From an uncultured Muribaculaceae bacterium (GTDB lineage: Bacteria > Bacteroidota > Bacteroidia > Bacteroidales > Muribaculaceae): a DNA stretch of 57,074 nt. The translations under genes were made by a program, and so were the position numbers. The DNA lies in NCBI GenBank assembly GCA_910578305.1, contig CAJTQH010000005.1:1-57074 (forward strand), in the 5' to 3' direction. The notes beneath the pieces were generated by a model, which was not told the origin of the DNA, did no database searches, and was given only the letters and a program-made list of their open reading frames with translations. This document shows positions 47,584-57,074 of the stretch, in pieces; the first letter of the stretch is position 1, and the number at the start of each line of letters is the position of its first letter.

Positions 47584-49146
47584 TCAGGGTCGCAAACTCT
47601 CGGCGACGGCATCGGCACACCGTTCGCCGTCAATTGCTGCCGAGGCTATGCCTCCTGCATAGCCGGCACCTTCTCCACACGGATAAAGTCCGTCAATAGC
47701 TACGTGTCGCAGCGTCTCGGGATCACGCGGTATCCTTATCGGCGATGAGGTGCGTGTCTCGTCACCGATCAGCACGGCTTCATTGGTGAGAAATCCACGT
47801 TGCTTGCGTCCGAATTCTTCAAATCCGCGTTGCAGGCGACGGGCAATGCCCTTTGGCAGCAATAGATCAATGCGAGCAGGGTGTATGCCTGCGGCATATG
47901 AGGTTGCCGGCAAAGATGTGCTCATTCTTGATGCTACGAAGTCGGTCATGCGCTGTGCCGGCGCATTCTGACTTTGTCCTGATTCCTGAAAAAAGGCTTG
48001 CTCGATCGACTGCTGGAACCGCATCATTTTTAGCGGATCGTCGGAGTCGCCGTCTATGTCTTCTGGAAGGACTTCCACGACCATACCCGAGTTGGCCCAC
48101 CGTGAGCCGCGAGTTGATGATGACATGCCGTTTACCACCATTTCTCCAGGAGCGCTTGCCGCCGGAATGATGACACCGCCCGGACACATACAGAATGAGT
48201 ATACTGCCCGATCATCGACACGTGTAAGCATTGTATATTCAGCAGGTGGCAGGTACTTTCCACGTCCTTTTGGATTGTGATAACGCAGGCTGTCGATGAG
48301 GTGCTGCGGGTGTTCAAGACGTACGCCTACGGCTATACCTTTTGCTTCGAGCGGTATGTCGAGCTGCTGAAGCATGGTGTATATGTCGCGTGCCGAGTGG
48401 CCGGTGGCCAAAATCACCGGACCGCGAAACTGCTGTCCGTCAGCAGTGGTCGCACCGGTAACCTTCCCATCATCCAGTATCAGCGATGTTACCTTTGTCG
48501 AGAAATGCACTTCTCCGCCACAACGCACTATGGTGTGACGGATGGATTTTATCACTTCAGGCAGTCGGTCGGTACCTATGTGCGGGTGTGCGTCTACAAG
48601 TATATTTTCTTGTGCGCCGTGCTGGTGGAATATTGTGAGAATCTTATCAACCGGCCCGCGTTTTTTACTTCTGGTATATAGCTTGCCGTCGGAATAGGCA
48701 CCAGCACCGCCTTCACCAAAGCAGTAGTTGGAATCAGGATTCACGATGCCGTTGCGTGCTATGCCGGCCATGTCTTTTCGGCGACTGTCTACATCTTTGC
48801 CTCGTTCAAGCACGATCGGGCGAATTCCGAGTTCTATGAGACGAAGAGCGGCAAAAAGGCCTGCCGGTCCGGCTCCGACTATTACACACTGCCGCGCATC
48901 ATGTGTAATAGGTTTATATTCCACCGGAGTGAACAACGGATGTGCAGGTGCGTCTTCATCTATATATATACGCACGTTAAGATTAACCATGACCTGGCGC
49001 TGGCGTGCATCGATGGAGCGTTTCAGAATTTTGATGTCGCGAATGCGATTGGCATCAATGTGAAGCTGTGTACTGACACAGGCTGTGAGCCGAAGAGGAG
49101 TGTAAGCCGTAGCCGGGTTAACACGTAACTGAATATCTTGTATCAT
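47584..49146 (-). CDS. FAD-dependent oxidoreductase (COG2509-like)
   Basis: VGAGPAGLFAA, FGEGGAGAYSDGKL, SFCMCPGG, GEGAGYAGGI. Confidence 0.9.
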   Translation of the reverse strand: MIQDIQLRVNPATAYTPLRLTACVSTQLHIDANRIRDIKILKRSIDARQRQVMVNLNVRIYIDEDAPAHPLFTPVEYKPITHDARQCVIVGAGPAGLFAALRLIELGIRPIVLERGKDVDSRRKDMAGIARNGIVNPDSNYCFGEGGAGAYSDGKLYTRSKKRGPVDKILTIFHQHGAQENILVDAHPHIGTDRLPEVIKSIRHTIVRCGGEVHFSTKVTSLILDDGKVTGATTADGQQFRGPVILATGHSARDIYTMLQQLDIPLEAKGIAVGVRLEHPQHLIDSLRYHNPKGRGKYLPPAEYTMLTRVDDRAVYSFCMCPGGVIIPAASAPGEMVVNGMSSSTRGSRWANSGMVVEVLPEDIDGDSDDPLKMMRFQQSIEQAFFQESGQSQNAPAQRMTDFVASRMSTSLPATSYAAGIHPARIDLLLPKGIARRLQRGFEEFGRKQRGFLTNEAVLIGDETRTSSPIRIPRDPETLRHVAIDGLYPCGEGAGYAGGIASAAIDGERCADAVAESLRP

Positions 49147-49274
49147 CGCTGGTATTTGACATTGGTTTGCAGAGCCGGTATGTACGATTCATAGCCGGGC
49201 AATTAATTGATATAATGAAGCTGGCTTTTCGTAGGTGGTGAGCCATAAGTGCTATATTGGATACTTTTTAATAA

Positions 49275-50660
49275 TTATTTAGTCTTTGTTTCATATGTAT
49301 GTAGTCTGGTTTGTTTGCGGACTACGATGATTAGAGTGACTATCGCGAAGCAAAATGCTATGCAGTCTGATGCCGCCATACTTGCCCATACACCGTCGAT
49401 GCCCCAGTAGCGAGGTATGATGATAAGAAACGGAATAAGGAATATGAGCTGTCGGGTAAGTGAGAGAAATATTGAAATCTTAGGTTTGCCAACAGATTGG
49501 AAAAAATTCTGTATAACAATCTGACATCCTACCAGAGGGAAGAATATGAAGAATATTCGGAATCCGCGGTTTGCTATGGCTATAAGGGTGGTGTCGGTGG
49601 TAAACAGCGAACTGATCATTCCCGGAAACAGTTCGGTGGCCAGCCATCCCACACTTGTTATGGCCACTCCCAGCCATATGCCGATCATAAGAGTCTTTTT
49701 TACGCGTTGCCATTGTCCTGCACCATAGTTGAATCCAAGAATAGGCTGCATGCCTTGGGATACACCAAAGACAATCATGGCGAAGAACATTGTTGTTCGA
49801 TTGAGGATACCATACGCGCCTATGGCCAGATTGCCCGCGGAAGCTCCGTATTCAAGCAACGCTTTGTTTATAAATATCACTACTATGCAGCCGCATACAT
49901 TCATCAGAAACGGAGATAGTCCGATGGCGTAGATGCGTTTGATTATGGATGGCATGAGCCAGCGGCGCTGACGTTGAAGACGTATGTAGCTTTTTTTTGA
50001 AAGGAAATGCCACAGCACCCATACACAGGCTACTGACTGTCCCATGATAGTGGCTAAAGCAGCGCCTTTGATACCCCATTCGAGTACAAATATGAATATT
50101 GGAGCAAATATGATGTTGGCACCAACGGATAGCAGTGCCGAAATCATGGCCTTGGTCGGATAGCCTGTGGCTCTCATGATGTTGTTCAGTCCAATAAAAA
50201 TATATGATATGGGGGTGCCATAAAGAATTACTTGCATGAATTCTTTTGCAAAAGGAAGTGTCTCTGGAGTCGCTCCGAAAAAAAACAATATTTTGTCAAG
50301 GAACAATAATGTGACTCCGCCGAATATTGCGGAATGAATGAGACACAGCACAACCACATTATTTACCACATCGGTGGCGCGCGACACATTTTTCTGTCCG
50401 AGGAAAATTGATGTGATGGTAGCGCCTCCGACAGCTATAAGGGTACAGAATGCTATGACAAGATTCATCAGCGGGAACGTTATGGCCAGACCTGCTATGG
50501 CCATGGCTCCCACACCGCGACCTATGAAAATGCTGTCGATTATATTGTATAGAGAAGTGGCCACACTGGCTATAATAGCCGGTACAGAGTATTGGATGAG
50601 CAGGCGGGTGATTGAATTGCTGCCGAGATCCATTGGTGTTGACTGTGAACGAATGGTCAT
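49275..50660 (-). CDS. MATE family efflux transporter
   Basis: LYNIIDSIFIG, GIKGAALAT, QPILGFNYGA. Confidence 0.95.
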   Translation of the reverse strand: MTIRSQSTPMDLGSNSITRLLIQYSVPAIIASVATSLYNIIDSIFIGRGVGAMAIAGLAITFPLMNLVIAFCTLIAVGGATITSIFLGQKNVSRATDVVNNVVVLCLIHSAIFGGVTLLFLDKILFFFGATPETLPFAKEFMQVILYGTPISYIFIGLNNIMRATGYPTKAMISALLSVGANIIFAPIFIFVLEWGIKGAALATIMGQSVACVWVLWHFLSKKSYIRLQRQRRWLMPSIIKRIYAIGLSPFLMNVCGCIVVIFINKALLEYGASAGNLAIGAYGILNRTTMFFAMIVFGVSQGMQPILGFNYGAGQWQRVKKTLMIGIWLGVAITSVGWLATELFPGMISSLFTTDTTLIAIANRGFRIFFIFFPLVGCQIVIQNFFQSVGKPKISIFLSLTRQLIFLIPFLIIIPRYWGIDGVWASMAASDCIAFCFAIVTLIIVVRKQTRLHTYETKTK

Positions 50661-50762
50661 TGCTAAAAATAATTCTTTTACAAAATTAACGCATATAAGT
50701 CCAATTTTTATCACATACGGTATTAAATTTGCATAAATAAAAACCAAAACCACATTGTTGTT

Positions 50763-51401
50763 ATGAAACGTTACGGAGCATTGTTTGATCTGGATGGAGT
50801 GCTTATAGATAGTGAATCGACCTATACACGGTTCTGGACAGAGATAGACCGGATATATCCGACCGGTATTGAGAATTATGCAATAGCTATCAAAGGCACT
50901 ACATTACCGGAGATAATGAAGCATTATGACAATGAAGAGGTAAAGGCTGACATACTGCGCCGCATCCACGACTTTCAGGAGACGATGTCGTATAGTTTGT
51001 ATCCCGGAGTGGAGAATTTTCTTTCTGAATTGCAGAGCCGTGGTATTCCTGCAGCCATAGTGACAAGCAGCGACAGTCGCAAGATGCAATTGCTGTTCGG
51101 TCAGATCCCGCAGCTTAAAATATATTTCCAGGCTATAATTGACGCGTCGATGGTGAGCAAATCAAAACCTCATCCCGAGGGGTATATAAAGGCTGCCGAT
51201 GCTATTGGTTGCCGGCCGGAAGACTGTTTTGTGTTTGAAGACTCGCTTCAGGGGCTTAAGGCCGGCAATGCTTCAGGTGCAACCGTAGTGGCTCTTGCTA
51301 CCACATATCCGCGTGAGGCACTAAACGGCAAGGCCGCCAAAATAATTGACGGCCTTGGTGATATTACGGTTGATGATATGCTGTCGCTCAGCAAGCCTTG
51401 A
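50763..51401 (+). CDS. HAD family phosphatase
   Basis: FDLDGVLID, KPHP, FEDS motifs. Confidence 0.93.
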   Translation: MKRYGALFDLDGVLIDSESTYTRFWTEIDRIYPTGIENYAIAIKGTTLPEIMKHYDNEEVKADILRRIHDFQETMSYSLYPGVENFLSELQSRGIPAAIVTSSDSRKMQLLFGQIPQLKIYFQAIIDASMVSKSKPHPEGYIKAADAIGCRPEDCFVFEDSLQGLKAGNASGATVVALATTYPREALNGKAAKIIDGLGDITVDDMLSLSKP

Positions 51402-52233
51402 AACTCATGTCGAGTCCTTTGACCGAGTGGGTGAGTGCGCCTACCGAGATGAAATCGACTCCACATTCGCCATAAGCACGAAGAGTGTCGATAGTGATGC
51501 CTCCCGATGATTCGATCTCACAACGTCCGTCAATCAGTTTTACGGCTTCGCGAGTCCGCTCAGGTGTGAAGTTGTCGAGCATTATGCGGTCGACGCCTGC
51601 TTCAAGAGCCTGATTTATTTCTTCGGTATTTCTTACCTCAAGCTCGATCTTGAGATCGCGTCCGGTTTGCTTGCAGTATTCTTTGGCCGCCGATACTGCC
51701 TGAGGTATTCCTCCGGCAAAATCAACATGATTGTCCTTTATGAGTATCATGTCGAAGAGACCTATGCGGTGATTGCATCCGCCTCCGATTTTTACCGCTT
51801 CTTTTTCGAGCATGCGCATGCCCGGTGTGGTCTTGCGTGTGTCGAGTACTTTTGTCTTAAGACCTTCAAGGCGCTGCTGGTATCGGGCTGTGGTGGTGGC
51901 TATGCCGCTCATGCGCTGCATGATGTTTAGCATCACGCGTTCGGTCTGAAGAAGCGACTGCACGCGTCCTTCCACTTCAAAGGCAATGTCGCCGGGACAA
52001 ACGTGCTCTCCGTCATGGATGAAAATAGTCATTTTTAATTCGGGATCAAATTTTCTGAACACCATTTGCGCTACTTCCACTCCGGCGATAATACCTTCTT
52101 CTTTCACGATAAGACGCTGTTTGCCGGTTTCGTCGGCGGGAATTGTGGACAGGGTGGTGTGATCACCGTCACCCACATCTTCGGCAAAGGCCAGTGTCAG
52201 CAAGTCATCGATAAGCTCTTCCTTTGATTTCAT
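51388..52233 (-). CDS. nadC: Quinolinate phosphoribosyltransferase
   Basis: LDTRKTTPG, NHRIGL, IKDNH, MLDNF, SVGALTHS. Confidence 0.97.
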   Translation of the reverse strand: MKSKEELIDDLLTLAFAEDVGDGDHTTLSTIPADETGKQRLIVKEEGIIAGVEVAQMVFRKFDPELKMTIFIHDGEHVCPGDIAFEVEGRVQSLLQTERVMLNIMQRMSGIATTTARYQQRLEGLKTKVLDTRKTTPGMRMLEKEAVKIGGGCNHRIGLFDMILIKDNHVDFAGGIPQAVSAAKEYCKQTGRDLKIELEVRNTEEINQALEAGVDRIMLDNFTPERTREAVKLIDGRCEIESSGGITIDTLRAYGECGVDFISVGALTHSVKGLDMSFKAC

Positions 52234-52301
52234 AATGTCGATTGCTTTTGTTACTTTTGTGCAAAAGTACTAATAACCGTCCATCTCAGCAAATCCAACA
52301 G

Positions 52302-52775
52302 ATGAAAATAGAATTAATGGCCATAGGTAAGACTCAGAGCCGCTATCTGGCCGAAGGCATACAGCAATATGTAGACCGTATAGGCCATTATGTGCCGTTT
52401 TCATTGACAATATTGCCGGACATAAAAGCCACCAAGGCACTTACCGAGGCGCAGCAGAAAGAGCGCGAGGGGCAGGTGATGCTTTCGGCGTTTCAGCCCG
52501 GAGATGCAGTGGTGCTCCTTGATGAACGTGGTCGTGAGTTTACGTCGCGTGAGTTTGCCGGGTTTATCGACAAGAAGATGTCGTCGGGGCTCAAGCGTCT
52601 TGTATTTGTAATCGGAGGTCCTTATGGCTTTTCCGATGCTGTCTATGCCAGAGCCGACGGTAAGGTGTCGCTTTCACGTATGACATTCTCACACGAGATG
52701 GTGCGATTGTTCTTTGTAGAGCAGATTTATCGGGCTATGACCATACTTCGCGGTGAGCCATATCACCACGACTGA
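52302..52775 (+). CDS. rlmH: 23S rRNA m3Psi1915 methyltransferase
   Basis: LDERG, FVIGGPYG, TFSHEMVRL..EQIYRA..GEPYHH. Confidence 0.97.
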   Translation: MKIELMAIGKTQSRYLAEGIQQYVDRIGHYVPFSLTILPDIKATKALTEAQQKEREGQVMLSAFQPGDAVVLLDERGREFTSREFAGFIDKKMSSGLKRLVFVIGGPYGFSDAVYARADGKVSLSRMTFSHEMVRLFFVEQIYRAMTILRGEPYHHD

Positions 52776-52777
52776 TT

Positions 52778-53887
52778 TCATTCGTCGGGGAATAAATCGA
52801 CCAGTACGCTGTCGGTAAGAAGCCATGAATCTTGGTTCATGTACAGATGACCTTGAGCGGCCACTAACAGATTTCGCGCTATGTGGGGCTTTGCAGTGTG
52901 CAGCAGGCGTCGGCATTCGTCTACACCCCATCGAGCCTCATAATCGCTAAGATCAATGCCTTCGGCCGTGCGCAGACGTATCATCAGATATTCGTCGATG
53001 CGCTGTGTACGGGTAAGATGTTCAGTCTGAAAACATTCGGTGGGATCGGCGAGATATGTATGCAGAGCCGACGGGTTGCTGTGACGAGTGATCCCGTCGA
53101 AGCTGTGGGCTGCGGCTCCGAGTCCGAGATATGGCGTTAGATTCCAATACGATGAGTTGTGAAGAGAGTGAAATCCAGGCATGGCGAAATTGGATATCTC
53201 ATAATGTTTCATGCCGTGCCGTGCCGTGAGTCGGCATAAATTGTGATACATCGCCTCCGACATTTCCTGTGGCACTTCACTGAATTTTCCCATCTGAGCC
53301 ATGGCCCATAGCCGGGTGCCTGGTTCGAGCATAAGGCTGTAAGCCGAAAGATGTTGTGGATTCAATTCTAAAGTACGCTTCACTGACGATAGCCAGCTGT
53401 CGGAGGTCTGTCCTGGAAGTCCGTAAATTAGATCAAGACTCAGATTGTCAATGCCGGCATGGCGAAGCCGATGAGCCGCTTCGATGGCCTGAGCCGCTGT
53501 GTGTCGGCGTCCGATGGTTTTTAGCTCGGAGTCGACAAGGCTCTGGACACCCATGCTGACACGTGTCACCGGACTGTGACGTAGAAAATCAGCCAGTCTG
53601 TCGGTCACGTCTTCGGGATTCACTTCAATGGTGAATTCTTCGACGTCTTGCGTGGGTAGCCATGCAAACAGATGTTCAAGCATCGGGATGGATAAGATGG
53701 AAGGAGTACCGCCGCCGATGTATATCGTGTTGACGGTTGAGGTACCGAGTTCATGATGTCGGGCGTCCCACTCCAATCGCAATGCGTCGATGTATGCATC
53801 GGCTCTTTTTCGAATCGGAATCGAGAAAAAGTCGCAGTATGCACACTTGCTGTGGCAGAATGGAATATGTATATATAGTCCGGCCAT
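52778..53887 (-). CDS. hemW: Radical SAM heme chaperone HemW
   Basis: LYIHIPFCHSKCAYCDF, GGGTPS, YEISNFA. Confidence 0.93.
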   Translation of the reverse strand: MAGLYIHIPFCHSKCAYCDFFSIPIRKRADAYIDALRLEWDARHHELGTSTVNTIYIGGGTPSILSIPMLEHLFAWLPTQDVEEFTIEVNPEDVTDRLADFLRHSPVTRVSMGVQSLVDSELKTIGRRHTAAQAIEAAHRLRHAGIDNLSLDLIYGLPGQTSDSWLSSVKRTLELNPQHLSAYSLMLEPGTRLWAMAQMGKFSEVPQEMSEAMYHNLCRLTARHGMKHYEISNFAMPGFHSLHNSSYWNLTPYLGLGAAAHSFDGITRHSNPSALHTYLADPTECFQTEHLTRTQRIDEYLMIRLRTAEGIDLSDYEARWGVDECRRLLHTAKPHIARNLLVAAQGHLYMNQDSWLLTDSVLVDLFPDE

Positions 53888-53895
53888 CAGATACG

Positions 53896-56817
53896 TTAGT
53901 AATCGGTATTGTCGCGTCCGCACATAGGCTTGAATTGGCAAAACTTGCATGATTCGTTATGGCAGCTTTGCTTGAACGGCACGGATGTGTCAAATATTTC
54001 AAGGACGGTGTCCTTGAGCAGTTCCTTGAACCTGTCGTAGACCTGATGGTAGTCGGAGAGTTCGGTTTTGTTGATCATTATGGGCTGTATGCCGTTTGTC
54101 ATTATGGACTGCATCTGATAGATAACCGGGCGTATAGCTCTGTCGTCGTGTTGAAGCATATTGTATATGTGGCAGTAGAGCAGTAATTGCAGGATGGCTT
54201 TCTGGCGGTCTTTTGCCGGGGTGAATATCTGATCGACAGACGTGGCCGATAGTTTATCCGAACCTGTTTTGTAGTCGACAAATCGCATTGTGCCGTTGAC
54301 GATGTCGATTCGGTCGACTATCTGTGTCACATTGATATTGATGCCGGGCAGGATCTCTATTGAACCTGACATCTTGTACTCGGCTTTGACAAACGTAAAT
54401 GGGGTCAGCTCCATATCGGCCTTCAGCATGGCTGCAATTGTGGCTTTTATCACTTTGCCCAATACGAGGCTCTCGCCGGTCAGCGGCTCTAACTGCTTTT
54501 CAACAGGTCGTTTGTGAAATACACGGTTAATGGCCTCGACAATTATCCGATCGATCAATGTGGAGTTTTTTTCGGTAAGGGGTTCAAGCATTGAACGTGT
54601 TATGGTGACTGGCTGTGGGTTGTCTTTGTCCTGCCATGATTCATAGATGTGCTGGGCCACTTCATGCACAATAGAGCCGTAGGTGCTTGAGTCCATGTAA
54701 TCTATGATTTCGTCCTCTCCATTATAGCCTTCTACGTATTTCAGATAGAATTCCAGGGGACAGTTCAGATATGTGTTGAGGGCACTTGCCGATAGCTTGG
54801 GACCGTCAGTGGTCTTGAATCTGTCAAGCAGCCGCTCTATGCGTTTGTTCTTGGAGACGGTGATTTCTTCGGGATTGAATTGTTGCGACTGGTATACACA
54901 TAGTCGGTGTGAAATTTCGGTACGATCGAAGAAGTATAGGATCTGGGCTATGTATCTCGACATTTCGCTACTTTTTATCCCTCCGACCGATCGAGCGTCG
55001 TAGATTAGTGTGACGTTGCGTGCGCGTGATATCAGACGATAGAAATAGTAGGCGAATATGCTTTCCTGAAAGTCGAGTGTGGCCATGCCGAATCCGTAGC
55101 GCAGGGCATCGGGTATGAACGAACGGCTATAATGCTTGCGAGGAAATATGCGTTCGTTCATCGACAGCATTATGATATTGTCGAAATCGAGCGCTCGGGT
55201 TTCCAGTACACCCATGATCTGGAGTCCGTGGAGTGGTTCGCCGATAAAATTGATGGTGTCGGAGGATGTAGCACGCTCTACGAGCCGTATAAAAGATTGT
55301 CCGTGCATGTCGATGCCGAAGCGTTCGGCCGCGCTGTGCAGCTCGTCGATGGCATCGCTGTACGATTCGATAAAGCGCAGTTGCATGTCGTCGGACGGCC
55401 CGATGGTCAGTTTCATGAAATCGCAGAGGCCGGCAAGATAGCTGTAGACACTGCGACGGTCTTCAGGATTTTCGATGGGGCGGAACACAGGTTTGAATTC
55501 CGGCACCATCGACACAATCAGCGATGCCGGTATGGTGAACAGTCGCTGGCGCTGGATCTCACTTTCAAGAATGGTACATTTTTCAGGACTTACGGCACGT
55601 AGCAGTGGTGTGCTGAGAAGCGCAGCCACATCCTCCCAGAAATATACTCGTTCATCGTTGCGTAAACGTGACCGGAGATGCAGGCTTACAATTTTTTTCA
55701 ACAATGCGGCCATTGGGCTTAAACGCATGGGAAATCCCATGGTGACATTGAGCGTGGTGATCTCTTCGGGCACTGAATGAATCATGGGGATGAATAGAGA
55801 TTCGTCTGGAAGTACCACGGCGGTGTTGATGGCATTGTCGCGATCGGAGATTGCGCCATCTGCCATCCATTCTCGTAGCTGCTGTCCGGCAAGTTTGACT
55901 TGTGCGGTATTGGATGGTACACCTACGATGTTTATCCGTGGTTGTGGCGGACGTTCTGTCTCGGGCAGTGCGTACATCGATGGAAATTCCTTGACGTTGC
56001 GGTTCATGAAGCGAGCGGCGCGACTGTCTTTGAGATCAAAAGCCCTGGAGTTGAAATCCCAATAGAAATCGGCTTTCCCAAGACGCTGAAGACGGCTGAA
56101 AATTGTTATCTCGCTCGTGGATAATACGTTGAAGCCAACGAAGATACATCTGGAATACGGCAGTTCGTAATCTGATGACGGATCAAGGATCTCAACAGCG
56201 TTGCGGTAGAGCATGCCCGACGATGCCAGACCACGCGATGCCAATCGCTGTCGATAGGCATGATATAGCGGCTGAAGCACTTCCCATAGTTTTACGAAGC
56301 GTGCATGATGGCGGTTGTCGTGATTGCGTTCGAGGTGGTTCCAGAAGCGGTCGATGGTTTCAACAGTGCGTTTCTCGCCCCAATAACGCGCTATGACATC
56401 AAGCTGCTTCGGGGTGAGATAGTTACTTGAAATCTCACGCAACCGCTTCACGTTGACGAACAGAGCGTCGGCATCCACCAGATATCGGTCGACATCGTTA
56501 AAGTCGCTGACAAGCATTTCTCCCCAGAATAGAAATCGGTCAAAGTCAACATCTACGTCGGGCAGCCGGCGGTATTCGTCGTACAGTGTGAATAGCAGAT
56601 CATAGCGGTTGGCTTCGACCAGCGGAGAGAATCCGGCCACGAAATCGGTGATGTTGGTCACACATGGCATCACAGCGGAGTGCCCGAGCTCCTGATGCAT
56701 AAAGTGGGTGAAAAACGTGGCACTGCGCTTGTTTGGAAACACAAAGCAATAGTCGAGCAGATTTTCACGTTCGTTGGCTGCATAGACCGAAGCCACCTGT
56801 CGGAGAAATGGTATCAT
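53896..56817 (-). CDS. PD-(D/E)XK nuclease family protein (AddB-like)
   Basis: VFPNKRS, QIMGVLETR, SASALNTYLNCP, DRID..VDYKTG, terminal CxxCxxxxxC. Confidence 0.9.
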   Translation of the reverse strand: MIPFLRQVASVYAANERENLLDYCFVFPNKRSATFFTHFMHQELGHSAVMPCVTNITDFVAGFSPLVEANRYDLLFTLYDEYRRLPDVDVDFDRFLFWGEMLVSDFNDVDRYLVDADALFVNVKRLREISSNYLTPKQLDVIARYWGEKRTVETIDRFWNHLERNHDNRHHARFVKLWEVLQPLYHAYRQRLASRGLASSGMLYRNAVEILDPSSDYELPYSRCIFVGFNVLSTSEITIFSRLQRLGKADFYWDFNSRAFDLKDSRAARFMNRNVKEFPSMYALPETERPPQPRINIVGVPSNTAQVKLAGQQLREWMADGAISDRDNAINTAVVLPDESLFIPMIHSVPEEITTLNVTMGFPMRLSPMAALLKKIVSLHLRSRLRNDERVYFWEDVAALLSTPLLRAVSPEKCTILESEIQRQRLFTIPASLIVSMVPEFKPVFRPIENPEDRRSVYSYLAGLCDFMKLTIGPSDDMQLRFIESYSDAIDELHSAAERFGIDMHGQSFIRLVERATSSDTINFIGEPLHGLQIMGVLETRALDFDNIIMLSMNERIFPRKHYSRSFIPDALRYGFGMATLDFQESIFAYYFYRLISRARNVTLIYDARSVGGIKSSEMSRYIAQILYFFDRTEISHRLCVYQSQQFNPEEITVSKNKRIERLLDRFKTTDGPKLSASALNTYLNCPLEFYLKYVEGYNGEDEIIDYMDSSTYGSIVHEVAQHIYESWQDKDNPQPVTITRSMLEPLTEKNSTLIDRIIVEAINRVFHKRPVEKQLEPLTGESLVLGKVIKATIAAMLKADMELTPFTFVKAEYKMSGSIEILPGININVTQIVDRIDIVNGTMRFVDYKTGSDKLSATSVDQIFTPAKDRQKAILQLLLYCHIYNMLQHDDRAIRPVIYQMQSIMTNGIQPIMINKTELSDYHQVYDRFKELLKDTVLEIFDTSVPFKQSCHNESCKFCQFKPMCGRDNTDY

Positions 56818-57074
56818 CAGGCGTTGGGTTTCTGGATGAGCAACATGATGACTTTTATGGCAACATCAAGATTGACTATTTTGCCATTGGCGTTTCCGGA
56901 GATGTCAGTGCGTGCGCGGTCGAATGTGGATATCAGTTTCTCTACATTGGCTTCGTTGATGAATCGTGCGAATTTAGTAGAGAAAGCCTCCTCACCGGAG
57001 GTCATATAATTGAGTGTAGGTACTTGAAAGTTGTACACGAAATTTTCGCGCACCAGTCTCATGGCGTAGTCATA
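56817..57074 (-). CDS. holB: DNA polymerase III delta' subunit, 3' end (runs off window)
   Basis: RENFVYNF..NYMT..EEAFSTKFARFINEANV..NANGKIV, typical Bacteroidales HolB C-terminus. Confidence 0.75.
   Translation of the reverse strand, partial: YDYAMRLVRENFVYNFQVPTLNYMTSGEEAFSTKFARFINEANVEKLISTFDRARTDISGNANGKIVNLDVAIKVIMLLIQKPNA

Noticed and set aside
52750..52780. rlmH 3' end as an island integration site
   Set aside because: It directly abuts convergent hemW, with no insertion or duplicated end
36930..56817. Many 60-230 aa antisense ORFs in the ORF track
   Set aside because: All lie opposite or inside well-supported housekeeping genes and lack motifs

Overview
Bacteroidales chromosome segment: TAnnTTTG promoters throughout, and gene content consistent with Muribaculaceae (inference). 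Bases 1-~27.9 kb look like an accessory 'sense-and-respond' island. It holds GLPGLI proteins, several TonB-receptor-like/outer-membrane beta-barrels, an M16 peptidase and bacterial PH-domain proteins. These sit beside a two-component pair, three membrane-spanning TPR-like/LuxR-type HTH regulators and an ECF sigma/anti-sigma pair. Each one-component regulator is followed by a similarly spaced operator layout (own hexamer boxes, IHF-like site, promoter). The island ends at what I recall as a 5'-truncated Bacteroidales-1/6S RNA (~27883-28023), a possible att scar. Core genes follow (NSS transporter, folP, cdaA). A tRNA-Ser/tRNA-Leu-bounded variable patch (33.2-36.5 kb) carries tRNA-end duplications, a cloverleaf-like repeat and a long structured non-coding tract. 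After it come an RND efflux operon with a frameshifted TolC, a sulfatase, ilvA, glf, MATE, nadC, rlmH, hemW, an AddB-like nuclease and the holB 3' end. No CRISPR array, integrase or transposase was seen. All calls are from reading the sequence; no searches were run.
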